In this document: positions 1-9,243 of the stretch, in pieces | Layout: the number at the start of each line of letters is the position of its first letter | Position numbering within the stretch: position 1 is the stretch's first letter | NCBI GenBank assembly: GCA_963663995.1 | Contig: OY760660.1 | Span: 600,001 to 632,000 of the forward strand | DNA length: 32,000 nucleotides | Direction: 5' to 3' | From: Erysipelotrichaceae bacterium | Lineage (GTDB): Bacteria > Bacillota_I > Bacilli_A > Erysipelotrichales > Erysipelotrichaceae | Made by a program: the position numbers and the translations under genes | The notes under the pieces: model-generated | Databases searched by the model: none | What the model saw: the letters and a program-made list of their open reading frames with translations, nothing else | What the model was told of the DNA's origin: nothing

Positions 1-1454
1 GTTTCTTCATAATCTGCAATGTGTTTGATGTTAAAATCATTCATTAAAGCTTCAATATTAGCACTATGATCACTATCCATATGGGTCAAACTTAAAACAT
101 CAATCTCTTTTATTCCATAATAATCTAGACATGCTTTTAAATGATCATAAGCATAGGTGTTACCTGTATCTAAAAGGATGATCTCTTGATTGAAAGCAGA
201 TTGAAATAAAAAGCTATCACCCTGTCCGACATTAATCATAATGATTTGATTCGTTAATGGAAGAATAAAAATGGGATTTAAGACAAAAACGATTAAATAC
301 AATGTGAGTAGAAATAAGACTTTTGAAAGATTCATCTGATAAATAAGCATAATTAAAATAAAAGTTATAAAACTTAAATGACCCGATTGATAAAAAAATG
401 ATTTTAAAAGCTCGACATTATGATTAAACCATTCCATTCCATCAATAAAAGGAATTTGTAACATGACAAAGCTTCTTGCGAGAAATAAAAACAAAACTAA
501 AATTGGAAACACTTTTCGAAGTTGGCTATAAAAAAGAATAAAAGCTAAACTAAAACGAATATTAAAGGCTAAGAACACGCTTGCTAAAAGCGCAGTACTT
601 TCTAATTTTTTAAGATTGGTTTTATGAAATCGAGACATTGCCATCATCACAAGTGGCAAAGCCCACGCTAATTGCTTAAGGGCCAATGGTTCAATGAAAT
701 ATAAAATAATAAAGGATATAAAAAAATGCCAATCTTTTCTCTTCACTAATAATCTCACTAGTCTAAAAACACATATTCTCAGTAAAGATATGGGTTGACC
801 CAATAGATAAAGTAAAAAAAAGATTAATCCAAATATTAAAAATTCTTTATATTTAAATCTGGATAATAGTTTATCTAGAAAAATTAGTACACTTGTGTAA
901 AGTAAACCTAAAGAAAAAAGACTTCCTAAAACACTATCGTGATTAACCTGAAACAAGATATGACGGTACCACTCTTGAAATTGAAGATTATCAGCATTTT
1001 CATATGAGATAAAACGAAGCCACAAAGCTGCTTTCTTTAGTGTTTTTTGATACTTAGCTTTGCCAATTATATGGTTAGAAGTTGCCCAGTTATTTAAATT
1101 AAAGCCAAAAAGGTTTGATTCTTTTTCAAAAGTTTCAAAATCACTTATCGAAATAATATCTCCTAGTGAAACAGAATAAACATCAACATCTAAAACTAAT
1201 ATTTTTGAAAAACCTTTTTGAATAAGCACTGAAGATTGATTTAATTCAACAACACGACCTTCATCAAAGAAATCTGGACTTAAGCTTATTTCATAACGCA
1301 ATAAAGCAAATATTAAAATAATAAAAAAGCTTAATCGATTTAATTTTCTTGAGAAAAGGACCAAAATAAAAGCTATCAAACAGGCAAGAAAGATAGATTG
1401 ACTAAGAATTAATGAAAGAAGACTTACACAAACAGCTATAAGTAATGCATTCAT
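1..1454 (-). CDS. comEC: ComEC/Rec2 DNA-uptake channel, N-terminal ~484 codons (3' end runs off the window)
   Basis: Absent from the ORF track because no stop lies in the window. My manual minus-strand translation from the ATG (rc of 1452-1454) stays open to base 1. It gives a multi-TM N-terminus followed by metallo-beta-lactamase motifs (IIMINVGQGDSFLFQ, ILLDTGN, SLTHMDSDH). The ATG overlaps the comEA stop as ATGA. Confidence 0.85.
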   Translation of the reverse strand, partial: MNALLIAVCVSLLSLILSQSIFLACLIAFILVLFSRKLNRLSFFIILIFALLRYEISLSPDFFDEGRVVELNQSSVLIQKGFSKILVLDVDVYSVSLGDIISISDFETFEKESNLFGFNLNNWATSNHIIGKAKYQKTLKKAALWLRFISYENADNLQFQEWYRHILFQVNHDSVLGSLFSLGLLYTSVLIFLDKLLSRFKYKEFLIFGLIFFLLYLLGQPISLLRICVFRLVRLLVKRKDWHFFISFIILYFIEPLALKQLAWALPLVMMAMSRFHKTNLKKLESTALLASVFLAFNIRFSLAFILFYSQLRKVFPILVLFLFLARSFVMLQIPFIDGMEWFNHNVELLKSFFYQSGHLSFITFILIMLIYQMNLSKVLFLLTLYLIVFVLNPIFILPLTNQIIMINVGQGDSFLFQSAFNQEIILLDTGNTYAYDHLKACLDYYGIKEIDVLSLTHMDSDHSANIEALMNDFNIKHIADYEE

Positions 1455-1906
1455 AAACAAATAAATGCTTCGATTTTCGCAAATAGCTTTTCTTTGATGC
1501 CTTTAATTAGCATCACTTCATCTAAAGATTGAAAATAACCTATTGTTTCCCGATAATCAATAATCCTTTGCGATAAGGATAGACCAATACCTGGAAGTGT
1601 ATCTAAATCCTCTATACTTGCTTGATTAAGTGATATACATGATTCTTTTATTTCATATAAAACAATCACATCATTAGGATGTAGAGCGGCTTGTGGATTT
1701 AAACGGGTTAAATCACATTCTGCACATTCAATCATTTCTAATAAATCAGTAATTGTACTATAAAGTGCAAGTGAGTATGCTTCCTCACTTTGATCAGGAT
1801 AGATTACAGTAACTGTTATTACATCATTTGTAAGTGATGGACTATTTTGTACCTGAGTACAGGAAACAAGTGATAAGCAAATAAAAAAGCATAAGAGAGT
1901 TCTCAT
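1451..1906 (-). CDS. comEA: ComEA-like DNA receptor (lipoprotein-type signal, C-terminal helix-hairpin-helix)
   Basis: 151 aa. The signal peptide ends in LSLVSC. The C-terminal HhH motif reads LDTLPGIGLSLSQRIIDYRE...GIKEKLFAKI. It is coupled to comEC by an ATGA overlap. Confidence 0.85.
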   Translation of the reverse strand: MRTLLCFFICLSLVSCTQVQNSPSLTNDVITVTVIYPDQSEEAYSLALYSTITDLLEMIECAECDLTRLNPQAALHPNDVIVLYEIKESCISLNQASIEDLDTLPGIGLSLSQRIIDYRETIGYFQSLDEVMLIKGIKEKLFAKIEAFICL

Positions 1907-1937
1907 GCCTTATTATTTGATTTAATTTTATTTATTC

Positions 1938-2408
1938 CTAATCAATAGCGATGATTTTAACAGATTCGCGAGGTTCAACTTCAACTTCAATCCATTCATC
2001 AGAAACAGCTCTATCCATTAAAGCAACCGCAAGTGGTGTTACGTTAGATAGTTTTCCATTCAGTGGATCTGCTTCAACAGATGATACGATTGTATAAGTT
2101 TCATTGATTCCATCTTGACCTTCAATGGTAACTTTCGCTCCCAATTTAACAAATTGGTTTTTACCATCTTTTTCATCAATAATATCAATGTTTAAAAAGA
2201 TTGCTTCGAGTTCACGAATACGTGCTTCTACACGTGCTTGACGATCACGCGCTGCATCGTAGTCAGCATTTTCTGATAAGTCCCCTTGTGCACGAGCAGC
2301 TTGTAAGTCTTCGATAACTTCTGCACGGACTGTGTGTATTAAATGATCTTGTTCTTTTCTTAATTCATCGTAACCGGCTTGTGTTACGCGTACTTTTTCT
2401 TGGGCCAT
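1938..2408 (-). CDS. greA: Transcription elongation factor GreA
   Basis: 156 aa. N-terminal coiled coil with an acidic tip (GDLSENADYDAARDRQ) and a C-terminal globular domain. AAGGAG SD upstream. Confidence 0.95.
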   Translation of the reverse strand: MAQEKVRVTQAGYDELRKEQDHLIHTVRAEVIEDLQAARAQGDLSENADYDAARDRQARVEARIRELEAIFLNIDIIDEKDGKNQFVKLGAKVTIEGQDGINETYTIVSSVEADPLNGKLSNVTPLAVALMDRAVSDEWIEVEVEPRESVKIIAID

Positions 2409-2440
2409 TGATCGTTCTCCTTAAGTAATTTGCTTTGAGA

Positions 2441-3064
2441 TTATAGCATATTCACACTGAGTATGCTACTGATTTTGGTCGTTAGTAAATCGACCGCGAC
2501 TTCATTCTTGCCGCCTTCAGGTATGATTACATCCGCATATCGCTTCGATGGTTCAATAAATTGATCATGCATAATACGCACGGTTGACATATATTGACCG
2601 ATGACATTTTCTAAAGTTCTACCACGATCTCTAACATCACGTGATAAGCGACGGATGAATCGTACATCTGCATCTGTATCGACATAAAGTTTAATATCTA
2701 AACTTTGGCGAATCTTTTCATCTTCTAAAACAAAGAGTCCTTCTAAGACTAAGACATCACAGGGTTTAATTTCTTCAACTTCTTCAGCTCTTGTATATTG
2801 AATGAAATCATAGGTCGGTTTATTAATCGCAACCCCTGCTTTTAATTGTTTTAAATGTGCTGCTAATAAATCATTATCAAAAGCAAAGGGATGATCATAA
2901 TTTACTTTTAAACGCTCATCCATACTCATATTCGCTTGATCTTTATAGTAATCATCTTGACGAATAATGATAATAGATTGAGTATCTTCAAACGCTTTTT
3001 TTAAACGCTTGGCTAATGATGTTTTACCAGAAGCAGAGCCTCCAGCAATTCCGATAATGATCAT
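2441..3064 (-). CDS. udk: Uridine kinase
   Basis: 207 aa. P-loop GIAGGSASGKTS plus QDDYYK, NYDHPFAFD and DTDADVRFIRRLSRD. AAGGAG SD. Confidence 0.95.
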   Translation of the reverse strand: MIIIGIAGGSASGKTSLAKRLKKAFEDTQSIIIIRQDDYYKDQANMSMDERLKVNYDHPFAFDNDLLAAHLKQLKAGVAINKPTYDFIQYTRAEEVEEIKPCDVLVLEGLFVLEDEKIRQSLDIKLYVDTDADVRFIRRLSRDVRDRGRTLENVIGQYMSTVRIMHDQFIEPSKRYADVIIPEGGKNEVAVDLLTTKISSILSVNML

Positions 3065-3073
3065 AATAACTCC

Positions 3074-4156
3074 TTACTTTAAATATTTATCGACATTGGC
3101 TAAATGTTCTGCATATGTTTTGGCATAGATAACGGTTCCATCACCATAAATATCAGCAATGAAGAATAAATAGTCATTTTCAATCGGATTAAGTGTAGCA
3201 ACAATACTTTGTTTACTTGGATTAGTAATCGGACCTATCGGTAATCCTTTATAAAGATAGGTATTGTATGGTGAATCAATTTGTTGATTATCTAAATTTT
3301 CACAATCACGCCAACTATCATATTCATATAAGGCATAACAAACCGTAACACTGCTTTGTAAAGCCATGTTTTGGTCCATTCTATTTTGGAAGACTTGCGA
3401 AATCATTTGCATGTCTTCAACTGTTTTAGCTTCAAATTGAACAACTGATGCTAAAGTAAGAATTTCATGTATTGTAAACTCAGATGCATCAAAGGCTGCT
3501 TTGTTTTCATCATAGACTTTTTGAGTTTGATTTAATATGCGTCGTGTTAATGAATCAGCAGATGCTTCAGGATTCATAAAATACGTTTCAGGCATCAAAT
3601 AACCTTCTAATAAAACTTTTTCACCTGTCACAAACATATCCTCTGTCAAAACAGAATATGTTGACATAAGTGATCTTAGATAAGCTTCATCATTCCATAA
3701 TACTAATAAATCTTCAGCTGTAACATTGATACATTGATCGGCCAGTTTTTGGGCAATCGTTTTTGCCCAATCACCTGGGGTAATGGTAATAATGACATCT
3801 TTAGGTACAGCGGCTGTTGGATCATTTAAAACGGTTAATATGCTTTTAACATCCATGCCATAGTTAAGATAGTAAACACCAATTTTAAAATCAGTGAGTT
3901 TAATATATTTTGCGTATTGTTCAAAGATAAAAGCGTTAGAAATCAATTCTTTCTCAACTAATTTATCAGTAATAACACTTAAAGTATCACCCTCTGCAAC
4001 GATAAAAGAAGTGATATCTTCACTTGAACCAACCGCTTTTAAATTTGAATTAGCGTAATTAAAAACCAATCCACCTGTTGCTAAAACAAAGGTCAACAGG
4101 ATAAGAATGATCCATTTAAGCTTGAGCTTCTTCTGATTCTTCTTCGCTACGTACAT
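3074..4156 (-). CDS. mltG: Endolytic murein transglycosylase MltG/YceG
   Basis: K-rich N-terminus with a single TM (WIILILLTFVLATGG). YceG C-terminal motifs ASVVQFEA and SPYNTYLYKGLPIGPITNPS. I prefer the ATG at rc 4154-4156 (MYVAKKNQKK) over the track's TTG at 4204. Even so it overlaps the upstream gene by 41 nt. Confidence 0.85.
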   Translation of the reverse strand: MYVAKKNQKKLKLKWIILILLTFVLATGGLVFNYANSNLKAVGSSEDITSFIVAEGDTLSVITDKLVEKELISNAFIFEQYAKYIKLTDFKIGVYYLNYGMDVKSILTVLNDPTAAVPKDVIITITPGDWAKTIAQKLADQCINVTAEDLLVLWNDEAYLRSLMSTYSVLTEDMFVTGEKVLLEGYLMPETYFMNPEASADSLTRRILNQTQKVYDENKAAFDASEFTIHEILTLASVVQFEAKTVEDMQMISQVFQNRMDQNMALQSSVTVCYALYEYDSWRDCENLDNQQIDSPYNTYLYKGLPIGPITNPSKQSIVATLNPIENDYLFFIADIYGDGTVIYAKTYAEHLANVDKYLK

Positions 4157-4388
4157 AGTTTTCAAACACTTCGTCAAGTTTTGCCCATTCTGCATCTTCT
4201 TCAATTGGTCTTAAATGACCTTCATCATCATAAGCAGAGACAAATACTTCCCCTTCATCATCATTTGGATCAACATAGAAGACATATTTTTCTTCACTGT
4301 CTTTATCTTCATAAACAAAAACGACTTCCATCGTTATTTCTTTGCCTTCATCGTCAATGATGACTAAACTTTTATCGATATTTTCCAT
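4116..4388 (-). CDS. DUF1292 family small acidic protein (YrzB-like)
   Basis: 90 aa and very acidic, with a DDEGKEITMEVVFVYED...KYVFYV...DEGEVFVSAY pattern. It sits between ruvX and mltG, as in Bacillus. Confidence 0.8.
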   Translation of the reverse strand: MENIDKSLVIIDDEGKEITMEVVFVYEDKDSEEKYVFYVDPNDDEGEVFVSAYDDEGHLRPIEEDAEWAKLDEVFENYVRSEEESEEAQA

Positions 4389-4389
4389 T

Positions 4390-4812
4390 TTATTTTACCT
4401 TCTGTGCATCTAAATATTCTTGAAGCATTTGAACCGCTGCGACTTGATCAACAACCGCTTTATGTTTCTTTTGTTTTTGATTATTTGAATGGAGAATTTT
4501 ATGAGCTGCGACGGAGGTTAAACGCTCATCCCACAATACAATAGGTGTTTGTGTGAATTGTTCCATTTCTTCTTTAAAGAAAAGTGAACGCTCTCCCGAG
4601 TAGCCCACTGTTCCATCCATATTTTTTGGAAAGCCTAAGATAATCGCATCTACTGGATGCTCTTTTAATAAATCTTCTACTTGATTCAGCGCATCATCAT
4701 AATCTTCACTTTCAAATCTAAGTGTAACTAATGGTGACGCTAAAAAACCGGATGGATCACTGATCGCAACCCCCACGGTTTTTGTCCCTAAGTCTAAAGC
4801 GACTGCTTTCAT
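4390..4812 (-). CDS. ruvX: Holliday-junction-resolvase-like / pre-16S rRNA nuclease YqgF (RuvX)
   Basis: 140 aa. [19 protein letters not shown] at the N-terminus, with GFPKNMDGT and WDERLTS motifs. Confidence 0.9.
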   Translation of the reverse strand: MKAVALDLGTKTVGVAISDPSGFLASPLVTLRFESEDYDDALNQVEDLLKEHPVDAIILGFPKNMDGTVGYSGERSLFFKEEMEQFTQTPIVLWDERLTSVAAHKILHSNNQKQKKHKAVVDQVAAVQMLQEYLDAQKVK

Positions 4813-5069
4813 TCGCCTTCTTCCAAATAGGTTTTCACAAGCTCTTCAATGATTTCATAACGTTCAACCGTTTGAATGAGACTACGCGCATTCTTATGGC
4901 TGGAAATGTATGCGGGATCATTGGAGATTAAATAGCCAGATAATTGATTGACCGCGTTATAACCACGTTCTTCAAGTGCATCTTTGACTTGTTTTAAGAC
5001 AGACTTGATATTATCTCGACGAACTTGTTCTGATTTAAATGCGACGGTTTCTGTGTTTGCTTTACTCAC
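4809..5069 (-). CDS. UPF0297 / IreB-family small regulatory protein (YrzL-like)
   Basis: 86 aa with [30 protein letters not shown] start 6 nt after GGAGGG. It overlaps the ruvX start by 4 nt. Confidence 0.8.
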   Translation of the reverse strand: MSKANTETVAFKSEQVRRDNIKSVLKQVKDALEERGYNAVNQLSGYLISNDPAYISSHKNARSLIQTVERYEIIEELVKTYLEEGE

Positions 5070-5133
5070 GATGAACCCTCCTTTATATATTTATAATACC
5101 GTAAACTTTCCTATTCATAAACAAGAATGTGCC

Positions 5134-7743
5134 TTAACGATAAAGATTTAAAGCCTCATCTAGTTTAGAAACATCTTTACCACCTGCTTGGGCAAAATCA
5201 GGACGTCCACCACCATTTCCATCACATACAGTCGCAACCTTCTTAACAACATCCCCTGCTTTAAAGCCATTACTAATCGCATCAGGACCACAATAAGCAA
5301 CAAAAGCGACTTTATCTGCAAAGCTAGAACCTAAAAGAATAAAGCTATTAGGGACTTGCGCTTTAAGATTTTCCGCTAATAATCGTAGATCTTTAGCATC
5401 AACATCAACTCGTGCAATTAAGGTTTTATAAGATCCAGTCTCAAACATTTTATCCAGTAAAGACTTACTTTCTGCACTGGCTAGTTTTTGTTTAAGTGAA
5501 CCCAATTCTTGTTTAAGAGACGTGTTTTCTTTAAGACTTAAGGAAACACGGTTTTCAACATTGGATAATGTATTCGCTTTAAAATACGAAGCAATTTCTT
5601 CAAGTTGTTTTTGATAAACTAAGAAATCTTCGTAAGCACTATAGCCCGTCTTACCAACAATACGACGTATACCCGAACCAATTGATTCTTCAGAAACTAT
5701 TTTAAATAGACCAATTTCTTGCGTGTTATCGACATGACAACCACCACAAAGTTCCATCGAAACATCACCCATGGTCACAACGCGAACTTCATCATCATAT
5801 TTTTCAGAGAAGAGCGCCATCGCTCCTTTTTCTTTCGCTTGATCTAAAGCCATCACTTCTTTTGAAACAGGGATATGACGAGAAATAGCGACATTTATTT
5901 CTTCTTCTATTTGTTTTAATTGTTCATCGTTAACTTTTTCAAAATGTGTGAAGTCAAAACGGACATAGTCATCAGAGACATAAGATCCTGCTTGGTGAAT
6001 ATGATCACCCACAATTTTTTGTAATGCTGCTTGTAGTAAGTGAGCCGATGAATGGTTCGCAATAATACGTTGACGACGATCAGTATCAATCGCAAGTTCT
6101 ACTTCATCACCTACTTTGATTTCTCCATAAACAAGTTCTACTGAATGTAAATGTTGTTTGAGAGGGGCTTTTTGCACATCAACAACATTCGCTAGACCCT
6201 CTTTAAAATGGATCGTTCCAATATCAGCAATTTGACCACCACTCTCAGCATAGAAAACAGTTTGATCAAAAACAAGTTCACCACTTTCATCTAAACTATC
6301 GACGCGTTGTCCTTGTTTGAAACAAGCAATAACTTTCGCTTTTGTTTTAAATGTGTCATAGCCAATAAACTCAGATGGTGCTTCAAAGTTCATTAAATCT
6401 ACTGATTGAGAACCCATTGATTCACTCTTTTCAACAGCCGCACGAGCACGATCACGTTGTTTTTTCATTTCTGCTTTGAAACCAGCTTCATCTAAGACAA
6501 TACCTTTTTCTTCAGCGATTTCTTTGGTTAATTCAAATGGAAAGCCATAGGTATCATAGAGTTTAAAACTTACTTCACCTTTTAGTGTATCCCCTTCTTT
6601 TAAACCATCTATCTCATTCATTAATAGGTTTTCACCAGCATTTAATGTTTTGTGGAATCGTTTTTCTTCAGCTAAAACTAACTTTTCAATATATTCGACT
6701 TTTTCTTCAATATAGCCATAGAACGGTGACATCATTGAGGCAACAGTTTGAACTAACTGATGCATAAATGCACCTTCAATCTCTAGCTTAATCCCAAAAC
6801 GAACAGCTCTTCTTAGAATTCTTCTTAAGACATAACCTCTACCCTCATTTGAGAATAGTGCTCCATCAGCTAAAGCAAAAGTCACTGTACGAATGTGATC
6901 AGCAATAACACGATAAGCCATTTTGTATTCAGCAGAGTATGGATGTTTAGCGAGTTTTTCAACTTCTTTAATAACGGGGATAAATACATCTGTATCAAAG
7001 TTAGTTTCAACGCCTTGAACTAAGGAGATTAAACGCTCAAAACCCATACCTGTATCGATGTTTTTTTGTGGTAGTTCTTTGTATTCGGAACGATCTACAC
7101 CTTCTTTACCATCATATTGTGAGAAAACAACATTCCAGATTTCGATATAACGATCATTATCAATTTCTTCAAAGAAGAGTTTCTCACCAATGTTTTCAGG
7201 ATCATAATCTGTTCCACGATCGTAGAAAATTTCAGAGTTAGGACCACAAGGACCTTCACCGATTTGCCAATAGTTATGTTCAGTTCTGAGAATTTTACGA
7301 GGATCAAAATGAATAACTTCTGTCCAAATTCTAAAAGCTTCATCATCACTTGGATGGATTGTGACATACATTCTATCTTTATCCATACCAATGTATTCTT
7401 CAGAAGTTAAAAATTCCCAAGCAAACTTAAGACCATCTTCTTTAAAATAGTCTCCAATTGAGAAATTTCCTAACATTTCAAAGAATGTTTGATGACGTGC
7501 TGTTTTTCCAACATTTTCGATATCGTTTGTTCGAATACATTTTTGAGCATTGGCAATACGATTGTTGCTTGGACGGACACTCCCATCAAAATATTTCTTT
7601 AAGGCAGCAACCCCTGAATTAATCCAGAGTAAGGTTGGATCATTGACAGGAACTAAAGATGCCCCTGGTTCAATCATATGTCCTTTTGATTTAAAGTAAT
7701 CTAAGAATAATTGTCTAACTTCATTTCCACTACGGTATTTCAT
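5134..7743 (-). CDS. alaS: Alanine--tRNA ligase
   Basis: 869 aa. Class II core (FEMLGNFSIGDYFK, GMGFERL), editing-domain metal site (HSSAHLL, CGGCHV) and a C-terminal DHHA1-like domain (GGGRPDFAQAGG). GGAGG SD. Confidence 0.98.
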   Translation of the reverse strand: MKYRSGNEVRQLFLDYFKSKGHMIEPGASLVPVNDPTLLWINSGVAALKKYFDGSVRPSNNRIANAQKCIRTNDIENVGKTARHQTFFEMLGNFSIGDYFKEDGLKFAWEFLTSEEYIGMDKDRMYVTIHPSDDEAFRIWTEVIHFDPRKILRTEHNYWQIGEGPCGPNSEIFYDRGTDYDPENIGEKLFFEEIDNDRYIEIWNVVFSQYDGKEGVDRSEYKELPQKNIDTGMGFERLISLVQGVETNFDTDVFIPVIKEVEKLAKHPYSAEYKMAYRVIADHIRTVTFALADGALFSNEGRGYVLRRILRRAVRFGIKLEIEGAFMHQLVQTVASMMSPFYGYIEEKVEYIEKLVLAEEKRFHKTLNAGENLLMNEIDGLKEGDTLKGEVSFKLYDTYGFPFELTKEIAEEKGIVLDEAGFKAEMKKQRDRARAAVEKSESMGSQSVDLMNFEAPSEFIGYDTFKTKAKVIACFKQGQRVDSLDESGELVFDQTVFYAESGGQIADIGTIHFKEGLANVVDVQKAPLKQHLHSVELVYGEIKVGDEVELAIDTDRRQRIIANHSSAHLLQAALQKIVGDHIHQAGSYVSDDYVRFDFTHFEKVNDEQLKQIEEEINVAISRHIPVSKEVMALDQAKEKGAMALFSEKYDDEVRVVTMGDVSMELCGGCHVDNTQEIGLFKIVSEESIGSGIRRIVGKTGYSAYEDFLVYQKQLEEIASYFKANTLSNVENRVSLSLKENTSLKQELGSLKQKLASAESKSLLDKMFETGSYKTLIARVDVDAKDLRLLAENLKAQVPNSFILLGSSFADKVAFVAYCGPDAISNGFKAGDVVKKVATVCDGNGGGRPDFAQAGGKDVSKLDEALNLYR

Positions 7744-7756
7744 GTGAAACCTCCAA

Positions 7757-7970
7757 AATATAAAAACGTCCCTTATTACAGGAACGTTTGATTAAACAAG
7801 CGCGGTACCATCCTGATTCATGACTGAGTCATGCACCTTGATTACTTGATAACGTAAGTGACACGGATCTTTAGGATCAAGCATTTCGTTGGCTTTCGCT
7901 TCTGTGACTTTTCAGCAATTCATCACTCTCTAAAATTAAAGCGTTTTATAGACGAAACTTATTTATTTAC
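7757..7970 (-). promoter_or_regulatory. T-box riboswitch leader of alaS
   Basis: On the minus strand there is an AGAGAG box and then GAAGCGAAAGCC (rc of 7891-7902), which carries Ala codons. The T-box sequence is GGATGGTACCGCG (rc of 7801-7813). A terminator follows (AAACGTTCC-TGTAATAA-GGGACGTTT plus a U-run, 7757-7789), then the GGAGG SD. Confidence 0.8.
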
Positions 7971-7976
7971 GAGTTG

Positions 7977-7985
7977 ATTATATCA
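7977..7985 (-). promoter_or_regulatory. Extended -10 promoter (TGATATAAT) for the alaS T-box leader
   Basis: The rc of 7977-7985 reads TGATATAAT. It lies just downstream of the trpS stop and upstream of the leader. Confidence 0.55.
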
Positions 7986-7993
7986 AAGTTAAA

Positions 7994-8977
7994 TTAGATT
8001 TCAATGCCTACTGCTTTTTGAACTTTGATAAGTGTTTCATGGGCCACCTTTTTAGCTTGAGCTTCACCCATTCTTAAGGCTTCATGAACTTCATCTTTTT
8101 GAATAATCTCACGATATTTAGCTTGTAGATTTTCTAAGAGTTTAACCACTTCATCTGCAACCGCTCTTTTAAATGTTCCGTAACCTTCATTTTCAAATTC
8201 AGTCACTAAATCTTCAATACTTTTACCTGATAATGAACTATGAATAACCAGTAAATTGGAGATACCAGGCTGATTAATAGGATCATACGCTACTTTCGCT
8301 AAAGAATCAGTCATTGCACTCATGACTTTTTTGGCTGCCACTTTCGGGTCATCTAAAAGATATACACAGCCTTTATTACTTTCATCTGATTTACTCATTT
8401 TCTTGGTTGGATCAGATAAACTCATAATACGTGCTCCAACTTTCGCAATTAAAGGTTGTGGAACATTAAAGAGTTCTCCATATTTATTGTTCATGCGAAT
8501 ACTGACATCCCGTGTTAGTTCAACATGTTGTTTTTGATCATCCCCGACCGGTACATAATCTGGTTGATAAGCCAAAATATCAGCCGCCATAAGCGTTGGA
8601 TAAACATAAAAACCAGCCGTTAATCCTTCTTCCCCTTTAGCTTGCTTATCTTTGTATTGAGTCATTCGATTCAATTCCCCTAAAGAAGTATTACAAGCCA
8701 TGATAAAACCTAATTGAGCCTGTTCCATGACATTTGATTGCATAAATATATTTGTTTTTTGTGGATCTAATCCACAAGCTAAATATAAAGCGACCGTATC
8801 CATCAGGTTTTTGTTTAATTCTTTAGGATCTTGAAAGACCGTTAAAGTATGTAGATTAGCAATAAATACATACATTTCATAATCATCTTGGTATTTTACA
8901 AACTCTTTTAAAGCCCCAATATAGTTTCCTAAAGTTAATTGTCCAGTTGGTTTAATTCCACTTAACATGCGTTTCAT
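7994..8977 (-). CDS. trpS: Tryptophan--tRNA ligase
   Basis: Class I aaRS with PTGQLTLGNYIGA near the N-terminus and KMSKS (KKMSKSDES). I start it at MKRMLSGIKPTG, 8 nt after GGAGG. The track's upstream extension (MCFMEDRD) would cover that SD. Confidence 0.95.
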   Translation of the reverse strand: MKRMLSGIKPTGQLTLGNYIGALKEFVKYQDDYEMYVFIANLHTLTVFQDPKELNKNLMDTVALYLACGLDPQKTNIFMQSNVMEQAQLGFIMACNTSLGELNRMTQYKDKQAKGEEGLTAGFYVYPTLMAADILAYQPDYVPVGDDQKQHVELTRDVSIRMNNKYGELFNVPQPLIAKVGARIMSLSDPTKKMSKSDESNKGCVYLLDDPKVAAKKVMSAMTDSLAKVAYDPINQPGISNLLVIHSSLSGKSIEDLVTEFENEGYGTFKRAVADEVVKLLENLQAKYREIIQKDEVHEALRMGEAQAKKVAHETLIKVQKAVGIEI

Positions 8978-8999
8978 ATCTCTATCCTCCATAAAACAC

Positions 9000-9188
9000 A
9001 AAAAAGCCTGACGTAAGGACGATTAATCGCGGTACCACCTTACTTATCAAAGCTTTTGATCTCTTCTTCATAACGCTGAAGTCGCGTAAGTTTAGCACTT
9101 CAATTCCATAAAGCCCAATTCATTATCACAGTACTCTTTCTTTTTCAGCAGCTCAGAAAGTCTCTTTTTTAGTCACAGATGATAACTA
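9000..9188 (-). promoter_or_regulatory. T-box riboswitch leader of trpS
   Basis: Perfect T-box core GGTGGTACCGCG (rc of 9028-9039). An upstream AGAGA box is followed by GAAUUGGGC, which contains UGG (rc of 9115-9117). A long imperfect hairpin (GCTTTGATAAGTAAGG ... CCTTACGTCAGGC) ends in U6 just before the SD. Confidence 0.75.
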
Positions 9189-9194
9189 CTATTC

Positions 9195-9203
9195 TTTATA
9201 TCA
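9195..9203 (-). promoter_or_regulatory. Extended -10 promoter (TGATATAAA) for the trpS leader
   Basis: The rc of 9195-9203 reads TGATATAAA. It lies between the permease stop and the T-box leader. Confidence 0.5.
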
Positions 9204-9243
9204 ACATCTTTACGGTATTAGTTTAGCATAAAGCGTAAAAAGT

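Noticed and set aside
6585-7391. ORFs 6585..6767 (+) and 7095..7391 (-, alternative frame) inside alaS
   Set aside because: Both are fully embedded in a strongly supported 869-aa AlaRS gene. Their translations are low-complexity and hydrophobic or basic, typical of off-frame AT-rich sequence. There is no SD or promoter.
8322-8537. 71-aa ORF antisense to trpS
   Set aside because: It is embedded antisense in trpS, with no start signals and no recognisable motif.
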